Shown: positions 25,961 to 35,556 of the stretch, one piece after another
Position numbering within the stretch: the first letter of the stretch is position 1
How the letters are laid out: each line of letters opens with the position of its first letter
Source: an uncultured bacterium
GTDB taxonomy: Bacteria; Arandabacterota; Arandabacteria; Arandabacterales; JALGWA01
Length of the DNA: 62,724 nt
NCBI GenBank assembly: GCA_964604955.1
Contig: CAZSBE010000004.1
Coordinates: 1 to 62,724 of the forward strand
Direction of reading: 5' to 3'
Made by a program: the position numbers and the translations under genes
The notes under the pieces: generated by a model
What the model saw: the letters and a program-made list of their open reading frames with translations, nothing else
Told to the model about the DNA's origin: nothing
Databases searched by the model: none

Positions 25961-27337
25961 ATGATTGGAATCACAGCAGGACTCGAGGTGGCGCGCAAGG
26001 CTCTCTCGTCCTACCAGCTCGCCCTGACGGTATACGGCAACAACATCGCCAACGTCGACACCCCGGGCTACTCGAGGCGCACGCTGCTTCTCGCCGAAGG
26101 AGAAGGGCACAAGATCCCGGCCGGCCGGATAGGGCTCGGAGTCAACGCCGTTACAATACGCAGGATGCGTGACTCCTTCCTGGACGACGCATATCGCCGC
26201 CAGAGCAGCTCGCTGGGAATGTATGAGACGCTCGAGCAGACTCTCTCCGAGGTCGAGATGGTCTTCGGTGAACCCGGGGACTCGGGCCTCAGTACCGTGC
26301 TGAACGAGTTCTGGGATTCCTGGCAGGAACTCGCGAACCAACCCGAGAGCACCACGGCGAGAACCCTCGTCAAGGACAAGGCCCAGGCGCTGGCCCGCGT
26401 GCTGCACCAGATGGACAGGAGCATCGTCAACCAGGTGCAGGCTCTGGACTCCGAAGTGGAGGCCTATGTCGCCGAAATCAACGGCATGGCGGCGGCCATC
26501 GCCGACTACAATGGCAAGATCGTTGCAAGCGAAGCGTCCGGCCACGAGGCCACGGACCTCAGGGACCAGCGCGATCTCCTGGTTGACCAGCTCTCGCAGG
26601 TAGTGGACATCTCGGTGTACCAGCGGGACGACGGGTCGCTCTCGGTAATGATGGGGTCTGAGGCGCTGGTGGAGCGTGCGGATTGCGTCCGGCTTTCAGT
26701 CGCTTCGTCTTCCCGCGACGGTATCGCCGTCAAGGAAGTCCGCCTCGGCGAGATTCGCCGGCCCATAACGCCGACCGGGGGCAAATTCGGGGGAGTGCTC
26801 CGCAGCAGGGACGAGATCCTGCCGAAGTACCGTGAGAATCTCAACGAAATCGCAAGGTCCCTTGTCGCGTCGGTCAACGCAGCTCACAGGACCGGCTTCG
26901 CCCTGGACGGCACCTCGGGGCGGGACTTCTTCGACCCGACGGGCGTCACTGCCGAAACCATGGACGTTTCCTCAATCATACTTGGCGATGTCGGCTTGAT
27001 CGCGGCGTCATCCGACGGATCGGTCGGAAACGGCGACCACGCCCTGGCCATAGCCGGCCTCAGGCACGCCGCCATCACGGCGGACGGTTCAACTCTTGAC
27101 GATTACTATGGGTCGGTGGTCGGCTCGCTCGGCATCGAATCGGAGTCGGCTTCGATCAACCGCGAGCGGGAGGAACTGCTGGTTCTCGAAATCGAAAACA
27201 GGCGCGAAAGCGTCAAGGGCGTCTCCATCGATGAGGAGATGGCGAATTTGATCGCGGCGCAGCACGCCTATGAGGCTGCGGCGAAGGTCATAAATATCAT
27301 CGATGAGATGATGGACACGATCATCTCGATGTTGTGA
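25961..27337 (+). CDS. flgK: Hook-associated protein 1 FlgK
   Basis: 458 aa. N-terminal LALTVYGNNIANVDTPGYSRR and C-terminal VSIDEEMANLIAAQHAYEAAAKVINIIDEMMDTII. Confidence 0.9.
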   Translation: MIGITAGLEVARKALSSYQLALTVYGNNIANVDTPGYSRRTLLLAEGEGHKIPAGRIGLGVNAVTIRRMRDSFLDDAYRRQSSSLGMYETLEQTLSEVEMVFGEPGDSGLSTVLNEFWDSWQELANQPESTTARTLVKDKAQALARVLHQMDRSIVNQVQALDSEVEAYVAEINGMAAAIADYNGKIVASEASGHEATDLRDQRDLLVDQLSQVVDISVYQRDDGSLSVMMGSEALVERADCVRLSVASSSRDGIAVKEVRLGEIRRPITPTGGKFGGVLRSRDEILPKYRENLNEIARSLVASVNAAHRTGFALDGTSGRDFFDPTGVTAETMDVSSIILGDVGLIAASSDGSVGNGDHALAIAGLRHAAITADGSTLDDYYGSVVGSLGIESESASINREREELLVLEIENRRESVKGVSIDEEMANLIAAQHAYEAAAKVINIIDEMMDTIISML

Positions 27338-27356
27338 TCGCGTTAGGAGGATGTGC

Positions 27357-28472
27357 ATGCGTGTAACAGCTGCAATGGTGAGGTCGAGGATTCTGCACAA
27401 CATGAGTTCGACCCTGGACGTGCTCCAGGTCACACAGACCCAGCTGGCCACCGGGAAGCGGGTCCTGAAGCCGTCCGATGACCCCGTTGCGACCGCGAAG
27501 GCGCTGGGCCTTCGCACCGTGCTCAGGGACAACAGCCAGTTCATGAAGAACATCGATGACGCATCTGGGTGGATGACGGTGACGGAAGCCGCGGTCGACG
27601 ACATGACGGCTCTACTTACCGAGCTCAAGGAAGCGGCAGTATCCGGTGCGGACGACACCAAGGGTGAATCCGAGCGGGCTGCAATAGCCGAGCAGGTCGA
27701 ACATCTCCTCGAGAGCCTCATCGACATTGCAAACACCAGGTATGACGACCGGTACGTGTTTGCCGGAACCCACACGCTGACGCGGCCGTATTCGGCCACG
27801 CATTCGATCGACGCCGAGGGCTTTGTTCTCGTCGACGACGAGTGGCTGGACCTGGATCACAGCCGGCTGGCCCCGGGCAGCGTGGTCGTTTCCGATGGGG
27901 TCGGCGTCACGTTCACAGAGGACGTGGACTACGAGGTGGACTACGCCACGGGCAGGATTCGAAGGATTGCCACGGGCGCGATGTCGACGGGTGTCCCCTA
28001 CAGCGTTTCATATGCATCTGAGAATGTCATCGGCGTGAACCTCGACGCCCCGGACACCACCGGCCTCGTGAGGCGCGAGATCGCCCAGGGGGTCCTGGAG
28101 GGGATAAACCTCGGCGGGGAGGAGGTCCTCAACTCGGGGACCGATATCTTCGGCCTGCTGATGGACGTGAGGGACGCGCTATACCGCAATGACGGCGCGT
28201 CGGTCTCCGCGAGCCTCGACACCATCGACGCCGCGGTGAACCAGGTCAATACGGCTCTCGGCAAGATGGGCGCGCTGCAGCGATCGTTCGAGCTCACTAG
28301 GGGAAGGCTCGAAACGGAGAACACGAACCTGCAGGCCCTCATCTCCAGGCTGGAAGACGCGGACATGGCGGAGGTCGCGATGAAACTCCAGAACAAGCAA
28401 ATGGCCTATGAGGCGGCGCTCGCGACGGCGGCGTCGATCATGAATACGAGCATACTCAACTATTTGAGGTAG
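27357..28472 (+). CDS. flgL: Hook-associated protein 3 FlgL
   Basis: MRVTAAMVRSRILHNMSSTLDVLQVTQTQLATGKRVLKPSDDPVATAKAL has a flagellin-like N-terminus. AGGAGG lies 6 nt before the ATG at 27357; the tracked ATG at 27351 abuts the RBS. Confidence 0.85.
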   Translation: MRVTAAMVRSRILHNMSSTLDVLQVTQTQLATGKRVLKPSDDPVATAKALGLRTVLRDNSQFMKNIDDASGWMTVTEAAVDDMTALLTELKEAAVSGADDTKGESERAAIAEQVEHLLESLIDIANTRYDDRYVFAGTHTLTRPYSATHSIDAEGFVLVDDEWLDLDHSRLAPGSVVVSDGVGVTFTEDVDYEVDYATGRIRRIATGAMSTGVPYSVSYASENVIGVNLDAPDTTGLVRREIAQGVLEGINLGGEEVLNSGTDIFGLLMDVRDALYRNDGASVSASLDTIDAAVNQVNTALGKMGALQRSFELTRGRLETENTNLQALISRLEDADMAEVAMKLQNKQMAYEAALATAASIMNTSILNYLR

Positions 28473-28510
28473 GAGTCTCTTGAGAATGGTGGTCGAAAGG
28501 GGAAGTCACC

Positions 28511-28981
28511 ATGAACATTAAGACATCACGGTTTGGCGAAGTCGACGTCGACAACGATGCGGTGATCTCAATGCCCGAAGGCATGCTTGGTTTCAGCGAG
28601 ATCACGCGATACGTGCTGATACAGCATCGCGACGGGTCGCCATTCCTATGGTACCAGGCCGTCGACGAGCCGAACCTCGCGTTCGTGGTCGTGGATGCCT
28701 TCACGTTCTTCCCGGACTACGAAGTGATCATGTCGAGCGAAGACGTGAAGATCCTGGATTGCAGCAAGCCGGGTGATCTAGCAGTTTTCCTTGTAGTCGT
28801 AATACCCGACAACCCGGAGGACATGACAGCGAATCTCCGGGGGCCCCTGGTAATAAACGTCACCAACAAGGTCGCCAGGCAGGTGGTGCTTACGGACGAG
28901 AAATACTCACCGCATCACTCTATCATGGAAGAAATGAGGAAGCAGCTGCCGGTCGAGGAGGAGCTTCCCAAGACCACATAA
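28511..28981 (+). CDS. fliW: Flagellar assembly factor FliW (CsrA antagonist)
   Basis: 156 aa. IKTSRFGEVDVDNDAVISMPEGMLGFSEITRYVLIQHRDGSPFLWYQAVDEPNLAFVVVDAFTFFPDYEV is a clear FliW signature. Adjacent to csrA. Confidence 0.9.
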   Translation: MNIKTSRFGEVDVDNDAVISMPEGMLGFSEITRYVLIQHRDGSPFLWYQAVDEPNLAFVVVDAFTFFPDYEVIMSSEDVKILDCSKPGDLAVFLVVVIPDNPEDMTANLRGPLVINVTNKVARQVVLTDEKYSPHHSIMEEMRKQLPVEEELPKTT

Positions 28982-28991
28982 GAGGGCAATC

Positions 28992-29249
28992 ATGCTCGTT
29001 CTTAAGAGAAAAGAAGGCCAGTCAATAGACGTAGGCGACAACGTGAGGATAGTCCTGAGGGAGGTCAGGGGAGGCCACGCCAAGATAGGTATCGTCGCGC
29101 CCAAGGACGTCAGGGTGAAAAGGACCGAAATCGAAGAGAGCGTGGCACGCGAGAACATCAAAGCCGTAGAGTCAAGCGGGGACGCAAGAGCGAAGCTGTC
29201 CGAGATAGTCCAGAAGCTGGACCCGAAGCGCCTGCGGCAGGGAGAGTAG
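28992..29249 (+). CDS. csrA: Translational regulator CsrA (FliW-partnered type with C-terminal extension)
   Basis: MLVLKRKEGQSIDVGDNVRIVLREVRGGHAKIGIVAPKDVRVKRTEI. At 85 aa it carries the C-terminal tail typical of flagellar CsrA. Confidence 0.95.
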   Translation: MLVLKRKEGQSIDVGDNVRIVLREVRGGHAKIGIVAPKDVRVKRTEIEESVARENIKAVESSGDARAKLSEIVQKLDPKRLRQGE

Positions 29250-29251
29250 AT

Positions 29252-30388
29252 TTGGAATTGCGGAAAGGGTGCCGGCATTTCCCGGGTGACCGGCCATGCC
29301 GGTTTCACAAGGAGACGGGCGCCACGTGCGCGGACTGCGGCTATTTCTCGGAGCGAGGCACGAGCGTTCTCGTTATCAAACTCGACGCGCTGGGAGACGT
29401 GCTGAGGACGACGTCCGTGCTTCCCGCGCTCCACAGGGCCTATGAACCCTGCTTTGTAACCTGGATAACGTCGACGGCCGCTATAGACCTGTTCACCGGG
29501 AACGATTTGGTGCATGAGGTCTTCGCAGCCGACGCCGCCGTGCCCATGCTGATGGCACGGGAGTTCGACATAGTCATAAATCCCGACGCCTCGCCGGCGT
29601 CATGCGCCATCGCCGCCATGGCAAGAGGCAGGAAGAAGTACGGTTTCGTGCTGAGCGCCGATGGCCACGTGGAGCCCCTCGGGAGGGCTGCGGAGGAGTG
29701 GCTGCTCATGGGCTCATTTGACAACCTCAAGAAGGATAACCGGAGGACTTACCAGCAAGTGCTTCACGACATATGCGGTCTGGACCCGGCGGGGCAACAT
29801 ATCGTGCTTGGCCTGACCGAGGCGGAGAGCAGAAACGCCGCCTGCATGAGACGGCTGCTGGACTCAGATTCCCAGGGCCCGATCGTCGGACTCAACACGG
29901 GCGCGGGCGCCCGGTGGAAGCATAAGAAGTGGAGCGTGGACGGGTTCATAAGGCTCGTAGAGATGCTCCTGGAGGAGACCGATGCCGGCGTCATGCTGCT
30001 GGGCGGAACGGCTGAACGGGAGCGCAACGCGAGGATAAAATCGCATTTTGGGTCCAGGGTGGCCGACGCCTGCCAGGAGAACCTGCGGGACTTCATAAGG
30101 GAAGTGGACCTGTGCGACGTAGTCGTGACGGGGGACACCCTCGCCCTTCACGTCGCGCTCGGCCTTGAGAAGAGGGTTGTCGCCCTCTTCGGTCCCACGT
30201 CACCCTGGGAAGTGGACACCTACGGACGGGGACGGAAGATAGTCCCCGCCCTCGACTGCGTCTGCTGCTACAGGGGGGATTGCGACAACAAGCCCAGCTG
30301 CATGGACATGATAGACGCCAGGGACGTGTTCCAGGCGTTGACGGAGGAACTCGCTCACCTCCGGAAAGAGGTAATGATTGGCGTTTAA
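29252..30388 (+). CDS. Glycosyltransferase family 9 (heptosyltransferase-like) with N-terminal 4-Cys motif
   Basis: 378 aa. GT9 signature VLVIKLDALGDVLRTTSVLPAL and C-terminal GDTLALHVALGLEKRVVALFGPTSP...CVCC...C. The N-terminus has C-x8-C-x10-C-x2-C. The TTG start lies 2 nt after the csrA stop. Confidence 0.8.
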   Translation: MELRKGCRHFPGDRPCRFHKETGATCADCGYFSERGTSVLVIKLDALGDVLRTTSVLPALHRAYEPCFVTWITSTAAIDLFTGNDLVHEVFAADAAVPMLMAREFDIVINPDASPASCAIAAMARGRKKYGFVLSADGHVEPLGRAAEEWLLMGSFDNLKKDNRRTYQQVLHDICGLDPAGQHIVLGLTEAESRNAACMRRLLDSDSQGPIVGLNTGAGARWKHKKWSVDGFIRLVEMLLEETDAGVMLLGGTAERERNARIKSHFGSRVADACQENLRDFIREVDLCDVVVTGDTLALHVALGLEKRVVALFGPTSPWEVDTYGRGRKIVPALDCVCCYRGDCDNKPSCMDMIDARDVFQALTEELAHLRKEVMIGV

Positions 30389-30516
30389 ATGGTTGGCGAG
30401 CCAGGTCGCTGATGTGAGAGGCGTGGTCGACGTACGCTGACTCCAACATGAGCCTAAGACTCGCCAACCTTTTCTTAAAAAGGGACTTGCCGAAGTTACA
30501 GAGGGAGAATACCGGG

Positions 30517-31521
30517 ATGGAGTTTACAGGAGAGAGGCTGGTCCCCGGGGCCGAGGGCCTTGAAGACCTCTACACCGAGCACATGAGCCGCTACCTTCTG
30601 GCGGCGGCGCTCGCCGGGGGGCGGCGGGTGCTGGATGTGGGATGTGGATGCGGTTACGGCACTCATTTCCTGGCCCGCGCCGCCGCGGCTGAGGCGGTCG
30701 GCGTCGACATCTCGCCTGAGGCGGTCGGCTTCGCCGGGGAGCGTTACTCCCTCGAGGGCCTTACCTACCGGGTCATGGACGCCAGGGACCTCCGTCTCGA
30801 CGGCTCCTTCGGCCTGATCACGTGTTTCGAACTTATAGAGCACGTGGACGAGGACAGGGATGTCGTGAAGTCGCTGGCCGGCGCGCTCGCGGAGGACGGG
30901 ATCTGCCTCATCTCGACCCCGAATGCCGAAACCTACGTCGCTGGCGGCGAGGGAGGCCGCAATCCCTACCACTTCCGGGAGTACACGGAGAGCGAGTTTG
31001 AGGGCCTCCTCAAGGAGGCCTTCGGCGGCGTCACCATGCTCGAACAGCGGTGGATAGACGGCATCGTCATAAGCCCCCGGGCGGGGCGGGAAGGGCCCGG
31101 GCGGCCGGACGGGCGGGCGTCGTTTCTGCCGGATGAGAGAGGGGTCGGGCCGGAGCCGGGGTCCTGCGGTCCGGCGGCGTATTTCGTTGCGGCCTGCCGG
31201 AGGAGCGATGCGGTGCCGCTCCCCGAAGTGCTGGGGCGGCCCTTCGCCGCCATGGCGGCGAACACGCGCTACTTGAGGCTCAAAGAGGAGTTCGACAAGA
31301 GGGGCCGTTGGGCATCCAACCTCGCTGAGGAGATGCGCGACAAGGATGCTCTGGTAAGCCGGCTGCACGAGGAGAAGGCCAGCCTCGAGAAGGAATTCGA
31401 CGAGCGCGGCCGCTGGGCGCGCGACCTTGACCGGCGGATACAGGAGAAAGACGAGCTCATTGAGAAACTCATGGCCGAGAACGCGCACTTCAGGAAGGCG
31501 GTCATGTTAACCGGCAAGTAG
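30517..31521 (+). CDS. Class I SAM-dependent methyltransferase with C-terminal coiled-coil repeats
   Basis: SAM motif VLDVGCGCGYGTHFLA. The ATG at 30517 (MEFTGERLVPG) follows GAGGGAG. The C-terminal part has tandem EFD(K/E)RGRWA-containing heptad segments. Confidence 0.8.
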   Translation: MEFTGERLVPGAEGLEDLYTEHMSRYLLAAALAGGRRVLDVGCGCGYGTHFLARAAAAEAVGVDISPEAVGFAGERYSLEGLTYRVMDARDLRLDGSFGLITCFELIEHVDEDRDVVKSLAGALAEDGICLISTPNAETYVAGGEGGRNPYHFREYTESEFEGLLKEAFGGVTMLEQRWIDGIVISPRAGREGPGRPDGRASFLPDERGVGPEPGSCGPAAYFVAACRRSDAVPLPEVLGRPFAAMAANTRYLRLKEEFDKRGRWASNLAEEMRDKDALVSRLHEEKASLEKEFDERGRWARDLDRRIQEKDELIEKLMAENAHFRKAVMLTGK

Positions 31522-31539
31522 GACAACGTGAGGAGCGGC

Positions 31540-34500
31540 ATGGACAGGAAACCCGTAATCTCGATACTTGCGCTCAACAACCTGGAACTCACCAGGCAAT
31601 GCTTAGAGAGCATATTCGATAACACCGAGGGTGAATACAGGGTATGCGTCTTCAACCAGGGGTCCGAAGACGGAACGAAGGAGTACCTGGACGGCCTCGG
31701 AGACCGGGTGGATTCCATCCACAGCCCGGACAACGTGGGTTTCATCACGGGCAACAACCGGGTCATGGAACGCTATCCCGAAGATGATGTCGTCCTTCTC
31801 AACAACGACACCGTGGTGAAGAAGGGATGGCTTGACGCGCTGAAGGAATGCGCCTACAGCGATCCTGCAATCGGTATTGTCGGCGCCAAGCTGGTCTATC
31901 CCGACGGCCTGCTTCAGGAGGCCGGCGGTGAGATTTTCCAGGACGGCTCGGGCCGCAACATCGGCAAGTTCGACGATCCCGGCAGGTACATATATAATGT
32001 AAGGAGAGATGTCGATTACTGCTCGGGAGCCTGCCTCTATCTGAAACGGGACGCCCTGAGGCAGATAGGCTGCCTCGACGAGGCCTTCAGCCCGGCCTAC
32101 TGGGAGGACACGGACATCTGCTTCCGGGCGCGGTCGGCGGGCTTCAGGGTCGTCTATGAGCCGGCGGCTGAAGTGGTCCATTTAGAGGGGGCAACGGCGG
32201 GCTCTCCGGAGAAGCGGACGCTCTCGGCCCAGCTCCAGGCCAGGAACAAGCCCGTCTTCATGGGTAGATGGGGCAGGGAGCTCGAGAAGCATCGAAAAAA
32301 CGTCTTCGAGATAAGGGGCGCACCCGGCAGGGAGAAGATACTCATCATACAACCCTTCCTGCCCATGTATGACAGGGCCGCCGGCGAGAAGCGGTGGTTT
32401 CACACGCTCAAGATCCTGGCCAGGCGCTACGACGTCGTCTTCCTGGCCAGGAACGGCGCGGGCCAGCTCAAGTACATAAACGAGCTGGAGAAGATGGGCA
32501 TAACCGTCTTCCACACGGACCAGTCGAGACTTCAGCATATGGGCTGCGACCTGAAGGGGCCCATCTGGATCGACTTCCCGCTGCTTCTCGAATCCAACGA
32601 CTTCAAAGCCGTCATCGTCGGTTTCTACCACGTCGCCCACCAGTACTGGAGGGACATCAGGCAGCATTCGCCCCGGAGCGTGTTCATCATAGACTCTTTC
32701 GACATCTGTTATGTGAGGCAGAAGAGGAAGGCGCTGCTCTCGGGCGACCCGGGGAAGCTCTGGGATGCAGAGGAGACCAAACGGCTCGAACTCGCAATGT
32801 ACCGCAGGGCCGACATGGTGCTGACGGTCACCGAGAAGGACCGGGCGACGCTTCTCGAAGAGGCGCCGGACCTGAATGTCGGCATATCGACGGACATACA
32901 TCCGGTGACTGCGGACGAGGGCGAATCTGAGCGCCGCGACATCGTCTTTGTCGGCAACTTCAACCACGACCCCAACGAAGATGCGGTCATCTTCTTCATG
33001 CAGGAGATATGGCCGAGGGTCAAGGAGAGAGTACCGGGTCTCAAGTTCTACATCGTGGGCAACGCCCCGACCGCGAAGGTCGAGGCGTACGCGTCCGATG
33101 ACGTCATCGTCACCGGGTTCGTTCCAGAGGTCATACCCTATCTCCTCAAGGCGAGAGCTTTCGTCGTCCCCCTGCGTTACGGGGCCGGTCTCAAGGGCAA
33201 AATAGGCGAGGCGCTTTCCTGCGGCATACCCATCGTGACCACGTCGATAGGCGCCGAGGGAATGGACCTGGTTCACAGAAGAAGCGCGATGATCGCGGAT
33301 GAGCCGGACGAGTTCGCAGAAATGGTCTCGGAGGTCTGTTCGGACGACGACCTGTGGAATACCCTGTCGACCGAAGGCCGGTCGCTGGCCCGGCGGAACT
33401 ACAGCTACGAAGCGGTGGAGAGATACTGGGAAGAGGTGTTCGCGTTCATAGCCGGAGGCGCGGCTGGGAAGCGCGCCGCCGGGACCGGGAGCAGCGGCGG
33501 TTATAAGCGGCCGCGGCCCGTTCCCGAAATCTGTCCCGACGTCGGCATAGTCATACCGGTTCACAACCAACTCGAGGCGACCCGCAACTGCTGGCTGAGC
33601 ATCAAGAAGAACACCAGCCTGCCTTACCAGCTCGTTCTGGTGGACAACGGGTCCTCCGAAGAGGTCACCTATGAAGCCGACCAGAACAATATCGAAGTGA
33701 TCAGGAATGAAAGCAACATGGGCTTCGCCTACGCGTGCAACCAGGGCATAAAGCGCACGTATGGCGAGTACGTGGTCATCCTGAACAACGACACCATTCT
33801 GCCGCCCGGCTGGCTGCAGAAGCTTATGAGGCACATGGAAAGTGACGAGAGCGTCGGCATCGTCGGCCCCTCAACGAGCTTCGCATCAACCATTCAGCAG
33901 ATACCGGTGTCCTACAAGAGCGAACGCGAACTCTACGAGTTCAGCGAAGACGTGTACGAGAAGAACAGGCACAGAAGCGTGGAGGTCGAGAAGATAGTCG
34001 GTGTCTGCATGCTCATGAGAAGGATGATGCTGGATGAGATCGGCCTGTTCGACACGCGCTTCGGTATCGGCAATTTCGAGGACGACGACATCTGCCTGAG
34101 AGCGAGGCTCGCGGGATACAAGGTGCTCTGGGCAAGGGACGCGTTCGTCCACCATGAGGGAAGCAAGACTTTCCGCAGTATCGACGTGGACTACGGCAGG
34201 CTAATGGAGGAGAACCGGAGGAGATTCACGGCGAAGTGGGCGCCGGTAGCGTCCCTCGCCGGGGCCTCTCGGGCAGCGGTCGACGCGAGCCCCGGCTCGG
34301 GCGGGGAGGCCGAAAACGGTTCGCACTCGCCGGTACCGCTGACGGGCCCGCCCGTGGTGTTGCTTGCCGGGGAAGGCGGGCACGCGCTCGCCGAGACCAT
34401 CGAGAGCCTGAGGCAGGTCTCACCCGGGCCGGTGTATATTGCCGGCCACGTGGTCGGATCGCCCGACGGCGTGAGCACGATCATGACGACCGAAGACCAG

Positions 34501-35556
34501 TCGGTGCCGGCCGCGATCCTCGAGTTCGCAGAGGGGTGCGGCGAGGACGCGCTCTTTTTCGTATCCGAAGGGGCGGTCCTGACGCCGGGCTGGGCGCCGC
34601 CTCTGGAGGCCCTTCTCGCACTGGAGGACGTCGGCTGCGCCGTATCCTCGAGCAATGCCGGCTGGGGAATGCAACAGGTCAGCCCGGCGTACACGCGAAC
34701 CGGCAAACCGCTCGTTAAGTTCGCGAAGAAGAACTCGCTCGAGCACAGGGGGCGCGTCGAGAATCTCGAGGCAGCGCTTCCCGTGGCTCTCGCCGTGAAG
34801 AGGAGCGTGCTTCTCGATGCGGGGCTGGCGGATGAGTTCGCCTCGGGCGCCGTGCTTGTCGACCTCCAGAGGAGACTCAGGGATCGCGGGCTGCGCATTG
34901 TCTGTGCCAAGGACTCCTATGTCCACTTCGAGAGCGGCGCGGACGTCGCTGCAGAAGCAGAGCGGGACGCGGCCTTCAAACTCAAAAGCGCCGGTGAGAA
35001 CTGCAGGCGCGCCGACAGTGACGCCGCCCTGTCCGACCTCGATGCTGCCATCGCCCTCAAGCCGGATTATGTCGAAGCGCATTACCAGAGAGGCGTCCTG
35101 CTCGCCCTTGCCGGAAGAGCGGGCGAGGCGCGCGCCGAGTTCGAGCAAGTCATCGAACTGGACCCGCGGGACTCCAGGGCCTTGAACAACCTGGGTTGTA
35201 TCCTGTTCGAGGAGGGGAATGCGGAGGAGGCGCGTACCGCCTTCACGAGAGCAGTTGAGGCGGACGGCGGCAACTGGGAGGCGGGGAAGAATCTGGCCGA
35301 CCTGTATCTTTCGACCGGCATGGTGCAGGAAGGCATAAATCTCTACCATACCCTGCTTCAGGAACACAATGACCGGCCCGAAATCCACGCGGCGGTCGCG
35401 CACGTGTTCGCCTCGCAGGGTGACACCGAGACGGCGGCCACGCTGCTCAAGTCCGCGATGAGGCTGGCTCCCGGAGACAAAACGATAAAGAAGGCGCTGG
35501 AGGCAGTGGAGGCCGCCGGCGGTACGGAGGAGGTAGACGCCGTTGAACGCCAGTGA
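31540..35556 (+). CDS. Giant multidomain glycosyltransferase: GT2 - GT4 - GT2 - degenerate GT2-like - TPR
   Basis: About 1340 aa. GT2 (ISILALNN...VVLLNNDTVV...WEDTDICFRA). GT4 (VGNFNHDPNEDAV...GAGLKGKIGEALSCGIPIVTTSIGAEG). Second GT2 (VIPVHNQLE...LVDNGSSE...ILNNDTIL...FEDDDICLRA). A fourth Rossmann-like region comes next, then TPR repeats (ALKPDYVEAHYQRGVLL...). The tracked GTG at 31528 is an alternative start. Confidence 0.85.
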   Translation: MDRKPVISILALNNLELTRQCLESIFDNTEGEYRVCVFNQGSEDGTKEYLDGLGDRVDSIHSPDNVGFITGNNRVMERYPEDDVVLLNNDTVVKKGWLDALKECAYSDPAIGIVGAKLVYPDGLLQEAGGEIFQDGSGRNIGKFDDPGRYIYNVRRDVDYCSGACLYLKRDALRQIGCLDEAFSPAYWEDTDICFRARSAGFRVVYEPAAEVVHLEGATAGSPEKRTLSAQLQARNKPVFMGRWGRELEKHRKNVFEIRGAPGREKILIIQPFLPMYDRAAGEKRWFHTLKILARRYDVVFLARNGAGQLKYINELEKMGITVFHTDQSRLQHMGCDLKGPIWIDFPLLLESNDFKAVIVGFYHVAHQYWRDIRQHSPRSVFIIDSFDICYVRQKRKALLSGDPGKLWDAEETKRLELAMYRRADMVLTVTEKDRATLLEEAPDLNVGISTDIHPVTADEGESERRDIVFVGNFNHDPNEDAVIFFMQEIWPRVKERVPGLKFYIVGNAPTAKVEAYASDDVIVTGFVPEVIPYLLKARAFVVPLRYGAGLKGKIGEALSCGIPIVTTSIGAEGMDLVHRRSAMIADEPDEFAEMVSEVCSDDDLWNTLSTEGRSLARRNYSYEAVERYWEEVFAFIAGGAAGKRAAGTGSSGGYKRPRPVPEICPDVGIVIPVHNQLEATRNCWLSIKKNTSLPYQLVLVDNGSSEEVTYEADQNNIEVIRNESNMGFAYACNQGIKRTYGEYVVILNNDTILPPGWLQKLMRHMESDESVGIVGPSTSFASTIQQIPVSYKSERELYEFSEDVYEKNRHRSVEVEKIVGVCMLMRRMMLDEIGLFDTRFGIGNFEDDDICLRARLAGYKVLWARDAFVHHEGSKTFRSIDVDYGRLMEENRRRFTAKWAPVASLAGASRAAVDASPGSGGEAENGSHSPVPLTGPPVVLLAGEGGHALAETIESLRQVSPGPVYIAGHVVGSPDGVSTIMTTEDQSVPAAILEFAEGCGEDALFFVSEGAVLTPGWAPPLEALLALEDVGCAVSSSNAGWGMQQVSPAYTRTGKPLVKFAKKNSLEHRGRVENLEAALPVALAVKRSVLLDAGLADEFASGAVLVDLQRRLRDRGLRIVCAKDSYVHFESGADVAAEAERDAAFKLKSAGENCRRADSDAALSDLDAAIALKPDYVEAHYQRGVLLALAGRAGEARAEFEQVIELDPRDSRALNNLGCILFEEGNAEEARTAFTRAVEADGGNWEAGKNLADLYLSTGMVQEGINLYHTLLQEHNDRPEIHAAVAHVFASQGDTETAATLLKSAMRLAPGDKTIKKALEAVEAAGGTEEVDAVERQ

